IMG/VR virus record: IMGVR_UViG_3300008267_000023
Location: 1 to 64,000 of that record
Reading direction: 5' to 3' (one strand)
Length of the DNA: 64,000 nt
Source: a virus
This document shows, piece by piece, positions 1-7,923 of the stretch. Position numbers and translations under genes: made by a program. How positions within the stretch are numbered: position 1 is the stretch's first letter; each line of letters opens with the position of its first letter. Under the pieces are notes generated by a model that worked only from the letters and a program-made list of their open reading frames with translations, did no database searches and had not been told where the DNA came from.

Positions 1-3
1 TAA

Positions 4-943
4 ATGGTTTCATCTACACTTTCACAACCAATTTCACAAAGGGGATGGTTCGATGTACTCGACGACTGGCTTAAGAGAGACCGTTTCGTTTTTGTTGGCT
101 GGTCTGGACTTCTTCTTTTTCCCACTGCTTACCTTGCTCTTGGTGGTTGGCTTACTGGGACAACTTTCGTCACGAGTTGGTATACTCACGGGTTGGCAAG
201 TTCCTATCTTGAGGGTGCAAACTTTCTTACTGCGGCAGTTAGCACTCCAGCAGATTCTATGGGTCATTCTCTTCTTCTTCTCTGGGGTCCTGAGGCTCAA
301 GGGGATATCGTCAGGTGGTTCCAACTTGGGGGACTCTGGACTTTTGTGGCACTCCACGGGGCCTTTAGTCTGATTGGATTCATGCTTCGTCAGTTTGAGA
401 TTGCTCGTCTTGTAGGCATTCGTCCTTATAACGCAATCGCATTCTCTGGACCGATTGCAGTATTCGTATCTGTGTTCCTGATGTATCCACTGGGACAATC
501 CAGTTGGTTCTTCGCACCATCATTTGGTGTTGCTGCTATCTTCCGATTCCTGCTGTTCCTTCAGGGTTTCCACAACTGGACTCTCAACCCCTTCCATATG
601 ATGGGAGTTGCTGGTATACTAGGAGGTGCTCTACTATGTGCTATTCACGGGGCAACCGTAGAAAATACGCTTTATGAGGATGGAGATGCTTCAAATACGT
701 TCAAAGGTTTTGAACCTACTCAAGAAGAAGAGACCTACTCTATGGTTACTTGCCCTTAATCTTCGTGCTTATGATTTTGTGAGTCAGGAAGTAAGGGCAG
801 CAGAAGACCCAGAGTTTGAAACCTTCTACACTAAGAATATTCTTCTGAACGAAGGTCTTCGTGCTTGGATGGCACCTGTAGACCAACCTGGAGCAAACTT
901 TGTCTTTCCTGAGGAAGTCTTGCCCCGAGGTAATGCTCTGTGA
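4..943 (+). pseudogene. psbD: Photosystem II D2 protein, interrupted by an internal deletion/frameshift at 750/751 (real lesion or assembly error)
   Basis: 4..750 encodes the D2 N-terminus to ...[21 protein letters not shown]...LPRGNAL continues in another frame (752..943). The conserved ANRFWSQ...GIIGL segment is absent. Confidence 0.9.
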
Positions 944-949
944 TATACT

Positions 950-971
950 GGGAGGGAAACCTCCCCTTTTT
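950..971 (+). terminator. Intrinsic terminator after psbD
   Basis: GGGAGG-GAAA-CCTCCC hairpin followed by a T run. Confidence 0.8.
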
Positions 972-972
972 A

Positions 973-1101
973 ATGATTAGTTCAGAAACCCCCTATAAAT
1001 TGGCAGAGATTATCAGAGATACTTGGCCAAATCTGTACAGAAAAAATAAAGCATTAAATAATAAATCTAAAGAAAAAGAAAATGAAGAAGTACGGGAATG
1101 A
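973..1101 (+). CDS. Small hypothetical protein (42 aa, MISSETPYKLAEIIRDTWPNLY...)
   Basis: Read manually; below the ORF-track cutoff; resembles the small ORF I recall downstream of cyanophage psbD. Confidence 0.6.
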   Translation: MISSETPYKLAEIIRDTWPNLYRKNKALNNKSKEKENEEVRE

Positions 1102-1396
1102 AGATTATTTTTCTGTTATTGAAATAACCACTGGGAGAAAAATTTGTGATTGCTCTGATGAAATGGATGCTCTTATGATGGTTTCTTTCAGTCCAAAAAA
1201 CAGAACTATTACAAAAAATAAATTTATGATGGGTCAAGTTATAGATATTGAGATGCCAAAAGCATTACCTACCAATGAGATTGTAATTGATACTAGAAAA
1301 TATCAACAACATCAAGACGACTGGATTATTGAAAAGATTAATCAATTACCACAGATTAAACTGCCAGAAGGGGAAGGACTTCCAGTAATTGTATGA
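1082..1396 (+). CDS. Hypothetical protein
   Basis: 104-aa ORF, ATGA overlap with next gene. Confidence 0.65.
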   Translation: MKKYGNEDYFSVIEITTGRKICDCSDEMDALMMVSFSPKNRTITKNKFMMGQVIDIEMPKALPTNEIVIDTRKYQQHQDDWIIEKINQLPQIKLPEGEGLPVIV

Positions 1397-1614
1397 ATCA
1401 TCGTAAAAGAAGACAATCAGAGAATCAAAAGAAAAAGAGGATGTTTACTCCAGATGGATATATTAATGACCCTCAAGATGCTGTTTGTCCTCACTGCAAT
1501 AAGAAACAAAAACCTTGCTCTCATATCAATAGTTTAAGTCGTGCTTGGGCAAGAGATGCATGTTCTAAGAAAATTAAAACCAGTAAAAACAATGACAAAA
1601 CATCCTCTAATTGA
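1393..1614 (+). CDS. Small Cys-rich (CPHC) protein, paralogue A
   Basis: DGYINDP..CPHC..CS..NS..RAWARDAC motif. Confidence 0.65.
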   Translation: MNHRKRRQSENQKKKRMFTPDGYINDPQDAVCPHCNKKQKPCSHINSLSRAWARDACSKKIKTSKNNDKTSSN

Positions 1615-1756
1615 AGACGGATACGTTCAAGATCCACCAGGGGCAAAGTGTCCACATTGTGGTGAGACTGGTAAAATATGTTCTTATGTCAACAGTATAA
1701 ATCGTGCTTGGGGTAGAACTGTTTGCGAGAAAAAAATTAAAAGTATGAAAATGTAA
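1592..1756 (+). CDS. Small Cys-rich (CPHC) protein, paralogue B
   Basis: DGYVQDP..CPHC..CS..NS..RAWGRTVC motif; ATG at 1592 preferred. Confidence 0.65.
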   Translation: MTKHPLIEDGYVQDPPGAKCPHCGETGKICSYVNSINRAWGRTVCEKKIKSMKM

Positions 1757-1805
1757 TATATAATTATGTGTTAAATGTTTTTATGAATAGTAAAAACTTC
1801 CCATT

Positions 1806-1839
1806 AAATGCCCCTCACACTTTAGTGTTTGGGGCATTT
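1806..1839. other. Intergenic stem-loop (terminator-like) next to a TATAAT box
   Basis: AAATGCCCC..ACAC-TTTA-GTGT..GGGGCATTT inverted repeat; TATAAT at 1844. Confidence 0.55.
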
Positions 1840-1870
1840 GTTGTATAATAATGTAACTTGGTTTTTTAGT

Positions 1871-2479
1871 ATGGAAAAAAATTTTAAAATCTTTAAATCC
1901 GATATTAATGATTTCATTGGTGTATTTGATACTGATTTTGATTGTAGTGAATTTATTGAGTATTTTAAGTTTTTGAAGGATACAAATCAGACCATTAAGA
2001 GGGACTATGAATCAAGAAAAAATAATGTTTTAGATGAAGTCTTGTTTGTTGGAACGGAGACTTATAGAATCAATACCGATGTGAAGATATTAAAAAGATA
2101 TAATGATTTAATTAACTTTTGCTTGGTTGAATATGCTAAACAATACCAAGTTTTGTTCGATGTTAACTGCATTCAGTATACTGTTAATATACAAAGAACA
2201 GAAAAATCTCAGGGATTTCATAAGTTTCATTTTGAAAAGGCAAACAATGTTTTTTCTTATACTAGACATTTAACAACAATGGTGTACTTAAATGATGTGT
2301 TAGATGGGGGAGAAACTGAATTTTTATATCAGAGTAAAAGAATAAAACCAAGAGCAGGAAGAGTTGTTATCTTTCCTGTCCAATGGACACATACTCATCG
2401 AGGAAATCCTCCTTTATCTGGTGATAAGTATATTGCTACAAGTTGGTTACACTTAAACGATACTAATTTACCCGAGTAA
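1871..2479 (+). CDS. 2OG-Fe(II) oxygenase (prolyl-hydroxylase-like)
   Basis: HxE, MVYLNDV..GGETEF, FP..WTHTHRG, KYIATSW motifs. Confidence 0.85.
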   Translation: MEKNFKIFKSDINDFIGVFDTDFDCSEFIEYFKFLKDTNQTIKRDYESRKNNVLDEVLFVGTETYRINTDVKILKRYNDLINFCLVEYAKQYQVLFDVNCIQYTVNIQRTEKSQGFHKFHFEKANNVFSYTRHLTTMVYLNDVLDGGETEFLYQSKRIKPRAGRVVIFPVQWTHTHRGNPPLSGDKYIATSWLHLNDTNLPE

Positions 2480-2485
2480 GAGTTT

Positions 2486-2866
2486 ATGGAAATTTTAAAT
2501 TCACCACAAGACTTTTTGTTTAATTTGCATACGTGTTCACCGAATGAAGCAAAAAAAATGTGGAGGAATTCAATAAAAGAAAAATGGAACCATCAATGTG
2601 CTTATTGTGGAGTAAAAACAGAAGATTTATCAATTGATCATATTGTCCCACAATCACAAGGTGGTAACGACCATATAACAAATGTTCTTTGTTGCTGTGT
2701 AAAATGTAACAGATCTAAGGGACATGAGAAATGGGACCAGTGGTTCTCACGACAAAACTTCTTTACAGAGGAAAGATTTAATGCTATAATAAGTTGGCAA
2801 AGGCAACTATTAACTCAAAACTTAAATTTACACAAATATAAACCAAGAAGGAATAAAGTTTTATGA
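2486..2866 (+). CDS. HNH endonuclease family protein
   Basis: CAYCG..SIDHIVPQSQGG.D...N..CC..CN..K. Confidence 0.85.
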   Translation: MEILNSPQDFLFNLHTCSPNEAKKMWRNSIKEKWNHQCAYCGVKTEDLSIDHIVPQSQGGNDHITNVLCCCVKCNRSKGHEKWDQWFSRQNFFTEERFNAIISWQRQLLTQNLNLHKYKPRRNKVL

Positions 2867-3099
2867 ACATAATTGTTTATAGCAGAAGTGGATGTCCATA
2901 CTGCGATAAAATCAAATCTGTCTTTGAACAAAGAAGTATTGATTATACTTTGTATGAATTGGATACTGACTTTGTTCGTGATGAATTTTATGAAGAATTT
3001 GGTGTTGGTGCAACCTTCCCCCAAGTAGTTTTAGATGGGAATAAATTGGGTGGATGCACGGATACTGTTAAGTATATGGTAGAAAACAAGTTAATTTAA
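2863..3099 (+). CDS. grx: Glutaredoxin
   Basis: CPYC active site, TFPQV, GGC. Confidence 0.9.
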   Translation: MNIIVYSRSGCPYCDKIKSVFEQRSIDYTLYELDTDFVRDEFYEEFGVGATFPQVVLDGNKLGGCTDTVKYMVENKLI

Positions 3100-3285
3100 A
3101 TGTGCCCTATAAATAATTCAAATCATCCCGAAATTAATAGGGGTGTTGAGTTACTACTTCGAAAAAGGAGGGAAAAAGAAAGTCCAAAAACTAAACAAAA
3201 AAAGTTTAGTTTTTGCAAGACAATTTCTCTCCTTAAGAGAGAAATATTAATAGATTTAAATTTTTCTATAATTGAAAAACAATAA
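3100..3285 (+). CDS. Hypothetical protein
   Basis: 61-aa basic ORF in operon context. Confidence 0.55.
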   Translation: MCPINNSNHPEINRGVELLLRKRREKESPKTKQKKFSFCKTISLLKREILIDLNFSIIEKQ

Positions 3286-3305
3286 GTTCTCTCGGAGGAA
3301 TAACC

Positions 3306-3533
3306 ATGTTAGCAGCAGAACTCACAATTTTTTCTTTAGTTTCTATTTTATTTTTATTAGTGGGTGGGGTAATTGGTTGGCTAACAAAACAACATGTGTA
3401 TAGTACACAACAAATGCAGGTATATACACACCCAGAAATGTTTGATAATAATGGAAACATCATTCCAGATGAAATAATAGCAGTACGATTTGAAAATGAC
3501 CATGACTACGACGACGAAGAAGAAGACGACTGA
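3306..3533 (+). CDS. Small membrane protein with acidic C-terminus
   Basis: GGAGG RBS; N-terminal TM helix; HPEMFDNNGN motif. Confidence 0.75.
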   Translation: MLAAELTIFSLVSILFLLVGGVIGWLTKQHVYSTQQMQVYTHPEMFDNNGNIIPDEIIAVRFENDHDYDDEEEDD

Positions 3534-4068
3534 AACAAAATCAGTTAAATTGCCTCCAAAGCCATTTGCATTTGAGGTACTTTCTTTAGCATCAAAGCAG
3601 AGATCTAATGCAAAGAAAGTAGAAATTCTTAGAGAATATGAACATGATTCTTTGAAGGCAATTTTTATTTGGAATTTTGATGAAAGTGTGATTTCTGCTC
3701 TTCCTCCAGGGGAAGTACCATACTTTGGTGACAATGATTTCAAAACATCAACCATGTCTGAAAGGATTCAGCAAGCAGTTGATACTATGGGTGACTTGAA
3801 TTCAGAATCACTTGGAGCATCAGACCAAAAATATACAACAATTAGGACAGAATACACTAAGTTTTTTAACTTCATTAGAGGTGGAAATGATTCACTAAGT
3901 ACTCTACGAAGAGAGAATATTTTCATCAATCTTCTTGAAGGTTTGCACCCACTTGAAGCAGAAATACTTTGTTTATGCAAGGACAAAAAACTACAAGAAA
4001 AATACAAATTAACAAAAGAAATTATATCAGAGGCATTTCCAGACATTACTTGGGGTGGACGTAGCTAA
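3502..4068 (+). CDS. Conserved T4-like cyanophage hypothetical protein
   Basis: LPPGEVPY, RRENIFINLLEGLHPLEAE motifs; start uncertain (3496/3502). Confidence 0.75.
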   Translation: MTTTTKKKTTETKSVKLPPKPFAFEVLSLASKQRSNAKKVEILREYEHDSLKAIFIWNFDESVISALPPGEVPYFGDNDFKTSTMSERIQQAVDTMGDLNSESLGASDQKYTTIRTEYTKFFNFIRGGNDSLSTLRRENIFINLLEGLHPLEAEILCLCKDKKLQEKYKLTKEIISEAFPDITWGGRS

Positions 4069-4325
4069 TGAAAGTACTTCATCAAGACTGCGCTCCTGAA
4101 GTAGCAAGTGATAGAAGTCTACCTTATAATACTTACTTGGTTACATATCAAGATGAGGGAACAACAAAGTATGATGTTGTTCAATGTAATAAAAAAGTAG
4201 AAATTTTTGATTATTATTGGGATAGGTATAGAGAGGATTTTATTTCCTTTAAGCAGTCTGAAGGAAGAACCAACCCAAAACTCTGGAATATCCAACCAAA
4301 AAGTTCTGATAAAAAGAAAAAATGA
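4068..4325 (+). CDS. Hypothetical protein
   Basis: TAATG coupling; GRTNPKLW motif. Confidence 0.7.
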   Translation: MKVLHQDCAPEVASDRSLPYNTYLVTYQDEGTTKYDVVQCNKKVEIFDYYWDRYREDFISFKQSEGRTNPKLWNIQPKSSDKKKK

Positions 4326-4510
4326 AAGAAAAATTTGAAGACGTTCTTAGGAAAGAACTCAAAAAAGAATTTGAACATCAAATGAATGTTCAAGTAAATC
4401 AATCAGAATTAAAAAATATTATAAAAGAATATAAAAAAATTAAGAAGTTCCAGAAGACACCACTTTATGAAGTGATGCAAATGGATAAGAAAAGTAAAAA
4501 AGATTCTTAA
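4322..4510 (+). CDS. Hypothetical basic protein
   Basis: ATGA overlap with upstream gene. Confidence 0.6.
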   Translation: MKEKFEDVLRKELKKEFEHQMNVQVNQSELKNIIKEYKKIKKFQKTPLYEVMQMDKKSKKDS

Positions 4511-4513
4511 TTT

Positions 4514-4529
4514 TGTATCAGATTTTACA
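4514..4529. promoter_or_regulatory. NtcA-binding box
   Basis: TGTA-TCAGATTT-TACA is a perfect GTA-N8-TAC, intergenic, just upstream of the promoter. Confidence 0.7.
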
Positions 4530-4536
4530 AAAGTGC

Positions 4537-4566
4537 TTGACTATATAGAGTGAATAGGAGTAGAGT
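4537..4566 (+). promoter_or_regulatory. sigma70-like promoter
   Basis: TTGACT (4537) - 18 nt - TAGAGT (4561). Confidence 0.55.
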
Positions 4567-4576
4567 AATCTCCTAA

Positions 4577-4874
4577 CGTTCATCCTATGACTAAAGCACT
4601 TTTGCTTTTAGCATGGGTTCCACTTCTTTCTTTTACTACGCCACAACTCATAGCAACTGAACATCCAGTTACAATAAGTTGCGACGCAGCGTGGGAACTA
4701 ATGGACATCGTTAAAAACGACGATGTAGTTATTCAAAAAGTAGAAGACCGATTGCTACTAGAACTCCGAAAGGATGTTGTAAACAAGTGCTAAAAACTGA
4801 ATAGGACGGAAGTAAGCCGACTCGGAACGGATCGTTCATCGGGAAACCGACGCAAAAGCCGACTGAAGGAACGC
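4577..4874 (+). ncRNA. Glutamine riboswitch-like RNA (glnA / Downstream-peptide family), double aptamer with an ORF in the P2 loop
   Basis: Two CGTTCA and two GGAACG strands; CGGAAGTA and GAAGGAACGC E-loop signature; stems TCCTAT/ATAGGA and TCGG-GAAA-CCGA; upstream of a YRG peptide. Confidence 0.8.
4587..4793 (+). CDS. Small putatively exported two-Cys protein nested inside the riboswitch P2 loop
   Basis: 68 aa with signal-peptide-like N-terminus; ISC..A..L...V...LELxK..C pattern shared with 50700..50870. Confidence 0.7.
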   Translation: MTKALLLLAWVPLLSFTTPQLIATEHPVTISCDAAWELMDIVKNDDVVIQKVEDRLLLELRKDVVNKC

Positions 4875-4904
4875 TCTTTAGCCTCAAAATTAAGGAGAAC
4901 CCTA

Positions 4905-5063
4905 ATGTCTAAAGCCGTTTATAGAGGGTGTTCATACGACACCGATAATGCAAAAAAAGAGTATGAAACTTGGTATCTCAAAAGTCATGCTCCTGCTCAC
5001 CCACAAAATACATATCGTGGAGTAGCATATCGTCCATGCAAAAACATGGAGGTTCAAAAGTGA
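4905..5063 (+). CDS. YRG-motif peptide (DUF4278 / IF17 N-terminal-like), 52 aa
   Basis: AAGGAG RBS at 4892; MSKAVYRGCSYD...TYRGVAYRP; not in ORF track. Confidence 0.8.
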   Translation: MSKAVYRGCSYDTDNAKKEYETWYLKSHAPAHPQNTYRGVAYRPCKNMEVQK

Positions 5064-5158
5064 AAAAACTTAACTTCTTACAACTCATTAAAGATAAAAA
5101 ACAAAAAGAAGAACGTCGTCATCAAGCTCAATTGGCTCATCTAGTTGGAGCAAAGTGA
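5060..5158 (+). CDS. 32-aa basic peptide MKKLNFLQLIKDKKQKEERRHQAQLAHLVGAK
   Basis: GGAGG RBS at 5048; GTG start overlapping upstream TGA. Confidence 0.65.
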   Translation: MKKLNFLQLIKDKKQKEERRHQAQLAHLVGAK

Positions 5159-5247
5159 TGGTAGGACAAATTATCATAACTTCAACTGCTGCAATTGCTT
5201 TAACTACAATGTTATTGTCAGTATATATTCAGTGGATTTATAAATGA
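5158..5247 (+). CDS. 29-aa single-TM peptide
   Basis: TGATG coupling, GGAG RBS, hydrophobic core. Confidence 0.55.
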   Translation: MVGQIIITSTAAIALTTMLLSVYIQWIYK

Positions 5248-5253
5248 TTTTCT

Positions 5254-5281
5254 AAGGAGGGGTTGATCCCCTCCTTTTTTT
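5254..5281 (+). terminator. Intrinsic terminator closing the peptide operon
   Basis: AAGGAGGGG-TTGAT-CCCCTCCTT followed by a T run. Confidence 0.85.
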
Positions 5282-5312
5282 GTGGTAAAATCTTATTGGA
5301 GAAAATTATTTT

Positions 5313-5486
5313 ATGGATAAAGATAAACTTAAATTAATTATCCGTAACCTTGAACTATTAGTTGATTCTTTAAAGGCAGAAGTATATTCTGATACTCAAA
5401 GTTATTTGAATACGGACAAAATTAAACAAACACTTCAATACGATTACGACGAAATTTTTGAGGATGACGATGGTTATGCAGACTAA
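5313..5486 (+). CDS. Conserved hypothetical protein (57 aa, MDKDKLKLIIRNLELLVDSLKAEVYSD...)
   Basis: Read manually; GGAG upstream; acidic tail. Confidence 0.7.
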   Translation: MDKDKLKLIIRNLELLVDSLKAEVYSDTQSYLNTDKIKQTLQYDYDEIFEDDDGYAD

Positions 5487-6198
5487 ACCTATTGTTAAAT
5501 TGATTTCTGTTACACAAGGTGCAGGAGAACTAGCAGGTAAATCTGCACAGGAAGTGATTACTTATACTGCCCGTGTGAGTAATCCAAATAATCAACTTAA
5601 GTTTGATACTGCTGCAGGACTCCTTCGGTATTGTATTAAGCAGAATCACTGGTCTATCTTTGAACAAGCAGATATGACCCTTGAGATTAATACAACTAGA
5701 GGACTGGCAGCTCAAGTGCTTCGTCATAGGTCCTTCGTATTTCAAGAATTTTCACAACGGTATGCAGACACAAAACTTCTGACAGAACTTCCTGAAGTTC
5801 CTGAACTTCGTAAGCAAGATGAGAAGAATCGTCAGAACTCAACTAATGATCTGGATGAGCATACCCGAGAAAAGTTTGAGGGAATGATTGAACAACACTT
5901 TGAAGAGGCACAACGTCTCTATGACAAAATGCTTGAGAAGGGTGTGGCAAAGGAATGTGCAAGGTTTGTATTGCCTTTGGCAACACCGACAAGAATTTAC
6001 ATGAAGGGATCTGTAAGGTCGTGGATCCATTACATCGATTTACGTTCTGCACACGGCACCCAGAAAGAGCATATGGACATTGCAGAAGCAGCACGATGCG
6101 TCTTTATCTGCCAATTCCCTGACATTGCTCAGGCACTTGGATGGGAACCAGAGAATTGCCCAGAATGTTCTGATGCTCCCTCTGTCTGTATAGAATAA
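5476..6198 (+). CDS. thyX: Flavin-dependent thymidylate synthase
   Basis: HWSIFE, RHRSFVFQEFSQRY ThyX motif, AKECARFVLP. Confidence 0.95.
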   Translation: MQTKPIVKLISVTQGAGELAGKSAQEVITYTARVSNPNNQLKFDTAAGLLRYCIKQNHWSIFEQADMTLEINTTRGLAAQVLRHRSFVFQEFSQRYADTKLLTELPEVPELRKQDEKNRQNSTNDLDEHTREKFEGMIEQHFEEAQRLYDKMLEKGVAKECARFVLPLATPTRIYMKGSVRSWIHYIDLRSAHGTQKEHMDIAEAARCVFICQFPDIAQALGWEPENCPECSDAPSVCIE

Positions 6199-6224
6199 AT
6201 ACAAATATCGTGATTTCATAACTT

Positions 6225-6473
6225 ATGGCAACATACCCTGTTATTCATAAAGATACTGGTGAACAAAAAGAAGTGACCATGAGTGTTCACGAATGGGACC
6301 AGTGGAAAAAAGAAAACCCAGATTGGGATAGAGATTGGTCTGACCCATCAACTTGCCCTGGAAGTGGTGAAGTTGGTGAATGGAAAGACAAACTTGCAAA
6401 ATCAAAACCAGGATGGAACGAAGTTCTACAAAGAGCTTCTAAGATGCCTGGTGCTAGCGTAGGAAAGATTTAA
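6225..6473 (+). CDS. Conserved hypothetical protein upstream of phoH
   Basis: 82-aa ORF coupled (TAATG) to phoH. Confidence 0.75.
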   Translation: MATYPVIHKDTGEQKEVTMSVHEWDQWKKENPDWDRDWSDPSTCPGSGEVGEWKDKLAKSKPGWNEVLQRASKMPGASVGKI

Positions 6474-7234
6474 TGTCAAGAAAAAGAAGGAATTCTGACC
6501 AACCAATCGGAGTTGGTATGACTGCAAAGCAAATGAGAAGAAAGAGACCTCTTAATTCCGATTTGCTAATTGATATTGAACCATTAACAGATAATCAAAA
6601 AAAATTATTTGAATCATATTCAAAAGGAAGACATCTAGTTGCTTACGGTGCTGCTGGAACAGGTAAGACATTTATTACTCTATACAATGCTTTAAAGGAA
6701 GTTCTAAATGAGATTACTCCATACGAGCAAATTTATATTGTTCGTTCACTAGTTGCAACTCGTGAGATTGGATTCCTTCCAGGGGACCATGAAGATAAGT
6801 CTAGTCTTTATCAGATTCCATACAAGAATATGGTAAAGTACATGTTCCAACTTCCAACTGAAACAGATTTTGAAATGCTTTATGGAAACTTGAAGCAACA
6901 AGAAACTATTAAGTTCTGGAGTACATCATTTGTTCGTGGAACAACTTTAGATAATTCAATTATTATTGTTGATGAATTTCAAAATATGAATTTTCATGAG
7001 TTGGATTCTATCATTACTCGTGTTGGTGAAGATTCCAAGATTATGTTCTGCGGAGACGCATCCCAATCAGATTTAACGAAGTCAAATGAGAGAAATGGAA
7101 TCAGTGATTTTATGGATATCTTGAGGAAAATGCCATCTTTTGATATAATTGAGTTTGGTATTGATGATATTGTCCGTTCTGGACTTGTTAAAGAATACTT
7201 AATTGCAAAAATGGAATCTGGATTGAATGTTTGA
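6473..7234 (+). CDS. phoH: PhoH-family ATPase
   Basis: GAAGTGKT, IGFLPGD, RGTTLD, IIVDEFQN, GDASQSDL. Confidence 0.95.
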   Translation: MSRKRRNSDQPIGVGMTAKQMRRKRPLNSDLLIDIEPLTDNQKKLFESYSKGRHLVAYGAAGTGKTFITLYNALKEVLNEITPYEQIYIVRSLVATREIGFLPGDHEDKSSLYQIPYKNMVKYMFQLPTETDFEMLYGNLKQQETIKFWSTSFVRGTTLDNSIIIVDEFQNMNFHELDSIITRVGEDSKIMFCGDASQSDLTKSNERNGISDFMDILRKMPSFDIIEFGIDDIVRSGLVKEYLIAKMESGLNV

Positions 7235-7922
7235 TGAATTAAACCCCGAAGGAAGATTTAAACATATAGATTTGAATCTTCCTAAACTCGAAAGAGAAAC
7301 TATAGATGGAGTTCGTTATTATAAAATTCCAGATGAAAAAGAACTTTTAAGATTTGTTTCTATTACTTCTGTTACTACTCACAAAAACCGTCAATTTTTT
7401 GCTGACTGGAGAAAAAAAGTAGGAGAAGAGAAAGCAGATAAGATTACACGACAAGCAACAAGTCGTGGAACTGATATGCATAGTTTGGTTGAGAATTATC
7501 TTTATAACATTCCAGAACTTCCAGAAGTACAACCATTATCACAAATCTTATTTAAAATTGCAAAACCAGAGTTAAATAAGATAAATAATATTCATGCCTT
7601 AGAAAGTTCACTTTACAGTAAAGTGCTTGGTGTTGCTGGTACTGTAGATTGTATAGCAGAATATAATGGTGAATTGGCAGTTATAGACTTTAAGACTTCT
7701 AAAAAACCTAAACCAGTTGAATGGATTGAACACTATTTCGTACAAGCAGTTGCATATGCATGTATGCTTTATGAAATGACTGGCATTTCAGTCAAAAAAC
7801 TTGTAATTTTAATGGCATGTGAAAACGGAGAATGCGTTGTCTATGAAGAATACGATAAACAAAAATATATTAAGTTGCTCACCAAATACATTAGAGAGTT
7901 TGTTAACAGTAAACTTAATTAA
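7227..7922 (+). CDS. PD-(D/E)XK exonuclease
   Basis: RGTDMH, AGTVDCIAE, IDFKTS, Q..AY. Confidence 0.85.
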   Translation: MFDELNPEGRFKHIDLNLPKLERETIDGVRYYKIPDEKELLRFVSITSVTTHKNRQFFADWRKKVGEEKADKITRQATSRGTDMHSLVENYLYNIPELPEVQPLSQILFKIAKPELNKINNIHALESSLYSKVLGVAGTVDCIAEYNGELAVIDFKTSKKPKPVEWIEHYFVQAVAYACMLYEMTGISVKKLVILMACENGECVVYEEYDKQKYIKLLTKYIREFVNSKLN

Positions 7923-7923
7923 C

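Noticed and set aside
741-760. Intron or programmed frameshift in psbD
   Set aside because: Sequence is missing rather than inserted; frameshifting would not restore helix E.
4577-4874. Ordinary head-to-tail tandem glnA aptamers
   Set aside because: Would leave each unit with half an E-loop, a 2-bp P3 and mismatched linchpin pairs; the nested model fits better, though untested.
5060-5158. Calling the 32-aa peptide IF7/GifA
   Set aside because: Basic and helical, but no recognisable alignment to IF7 by eye.
4970-5158. ORF-track 62-aa ORF starting at 4970
   Set aside because: Overlaps the YRG ORF; the GTG at 5060 has a proper RBS.
7227-7922. Cas4/CRISPR system
   Set aside because: Core T4-like exonuclease; no repeat-spacer array or other cas genes seen.
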